Positions 62,509 to 64,000 of a stretch of 64,000 nt of DNA are shown piece by piece; the first letter of the stretch is position 1, and the number at the start of each line of letters is the position of its first letter. The DNA is from Carcharhinus longimanus. Its lineage: Eukaryota. The stretch lies in assembly GCA_030264375.1 (NCBI GenBank), contig JASCQW010000109.1:35710361-35774360 (forward strand). Direction: 5' to 3'. The translations under genes were made by a program, and so were the position numbers. The notes beneath the pieces are model-generated. The model was not told where the DNA came from and searched no databases. It was given only the letters and a program-made list of their open reading frames with translations.

Positions 62509-62687
62509 GATGCGAGGCAGACAGACGTTCAATTTATGGAGTCCAACAATTGTGGCACATCTTTAGCAGGACCTTGTGCTTTCAAAATCCCTTATCTGAT
62601 CCGACAGAAGATTTGCAGCAGTCTGGATATTCCAAGTTCAAGAGGAAGTGATTGGAGGATGCTGGCGTATAAATTGAAATTGGACCG
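62509..62687 (+). CDS. UNC5A: UNC5A-like penultimate coding exon (linker + N-terminal half of death domain), 179 nt, phase 0-2
   Basis: Not in the ORF track; translated by hand. Acceptor tatttttatcccctcaag|GAT, donor CG|gtgagt. DARQTDVQFMESNNCGTSLAGPCAFKIPYLIRQKICSSLDIPSSRGSDWRMLAYKLKLD(R) has the UNC5 death-domain signature AFKIP..IRQKI.SSLD.P..RG.DWR.LA.KL.LD. Confidence 0.94.
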
Positions 62688-63907
62688 GTGAGTCTAAACA
62701 GATTTATATAACCATATCATCTCGGAAGTCACAATTTTAAAAGACTATGCTCCTAGTGTGGAGTCTTCTGTGTGAACAGCAATTGTACTTTGCTCTCAGG
62801 AGGACATGTTGACACAGATGTAGAGGGGGGTGCAAAATATGTATTATTGATGTCCATCACCTTGTAATAAGTTACACATTCTTTGAAGAGTTTTTCAATC
62901 CCTGTGTGTTTATCTACTCAAAATGAAAAAGTGCAAAATGGATAAAGACATTTTGTCATTGATAGTTATGGCTTTCCTTAACTGACACTTGAAGTTGTAA
63001 GGTGAGCAATGTTCTTTCACAGCTTTTCAAAGCAACTTTGCTTATTGTGTCAGTTTCATTATATTTCAAAGACTTGCCAGACTTCCCAAAGGCTCATTGG
63101 TTCTTAAAATAGAGGATGTTGGGAGGATGCGGGAGGGATGTCAGAGGGGGGATATGGAAGGCTTGAAGGGGTCATGGAGGATATAGGTACATGGGGATCT
63201 AGGGGACATAGAGACAACATGAAGTTATGGTAGTTTGGGACTTATGAGGGGCCAGGCAGTGTGTGAGCAGATAGGTAAGAGCATGAGGAGGAGGGGTGGT
63301 GAGGAATAAGGGCTGATAATTATGATTACAACGGTGCTGACTTTTCTGTAGATGGAAGTGGATCTTCTCACCTCCTGGCTTCACCATCGGCCATCTCTGT
63401 TTCTGCCTCAGGCCTGCCTCTTAAGGCTGCAGGTCAATTCCATCATGTCCTTGCCTCCCCAGAATGAGTGCCAAGTGGGAACCTCCTGAACTGAGATAGA
63501 TTTGTGGAGATGAAAATTTTGCTGCTTGTCTCCTTCATAAACATCCGGTCTTGTGTCTCCTGCAAGATTCCCTGAAGTATTCAAATTGGACAGTGGAAAA
63601 GATTACCAGTTTCACAGAAGTCCAGGTATTAGTCTTAGGTGGATATTATTAATGTGCATTTAGTAGACCAATTAGGAAAAGAAAAATCAAGATATTTCTA
63701 TTCTTGCTTAGTACTGATGAAAAATAAAGTGTTAAATAATACTCTTTGGAATAATGTAACGTAGATTGTCTCAGAGCAGAGTAAACGTGACTATTAAAAA
63801 TGATTGCACCAGAAGGAAGCTAAGTTATGGAAAAAAATTCTTAATTTTTTTCGAACGTTAAATGATAAACCATGCACCCTTTGAGCAATACATTTTATCA
63901 ATTAAAG

Positions 63908-64000
63908 CATACATAGGGACATAGGAATTAGGAGCAGAATTCAGCTCTTTGAGTCTGTTCCACTATTCAATCATCATGGCTGATCTCCCCCCCCCTCCCC
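63908..64000 (-). mobile_element. CR1 LINE 3' tail (runs off window)
   Basis: ACATAGGGACATAGGAATTAGGAGCAGAA..CACTATTCAATCATCATGGCTGAT. Confidence 0.75.

Noticed and set aside
1-64000. CRISPR arrays, operons, rRNA genes or a novel multi-gene system
   Set aside because: None seen. The window is vertebrate intronic DNA, and RT-like ORFs are ordinary LINE fragments.

Overview
Eukaryotic (cartilaginous fish, most likely shark) genomic DNA, not prokaryotic. The window lies inside one large + strand gene, a UNC5A-like netrin receptor. It holds four consecutive GT-AG coding exons (7632-7865, 20639-20788, 33460-33624, 62509-62687; 234/150/165/179 nt) encoding the end of ZU5, the UPA domain and the first half of the death domain. 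The start and final exons are outside the window. The introns (12.8, 12.7 and 28.9 kb) are filled with decayed elasmobranch repeats: CR1 LINEs (one near full length with nested insertions, three young copies), HE1/V-SINEs, DeuSINE-type and other tRNA SINEs, L2 and RTE fragments, Penelope-like elements, a solo LTR, a decayed Gypsy element and PIF/Harbinger remnants and MITEs. Almost all listed ORFs are spurious or TE-derived. I found no convincing novel multi-gene system. The best signals are six hammerhead-ribozyme-like motifs in Penelope termini (one canonical, one with a compensatory U3-A8 core), a perfect loopless 74-bp palindrome, a 67-bp inverted duplication, a 12-bp hairpin with an RBFOX motif in its loop, and loss of two otherwise conserved UNC5 cysteines. 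Family assignments come from recalled motifs, not database searches. Repeat boundaries are approximate unless a TSD or TIR is cited.
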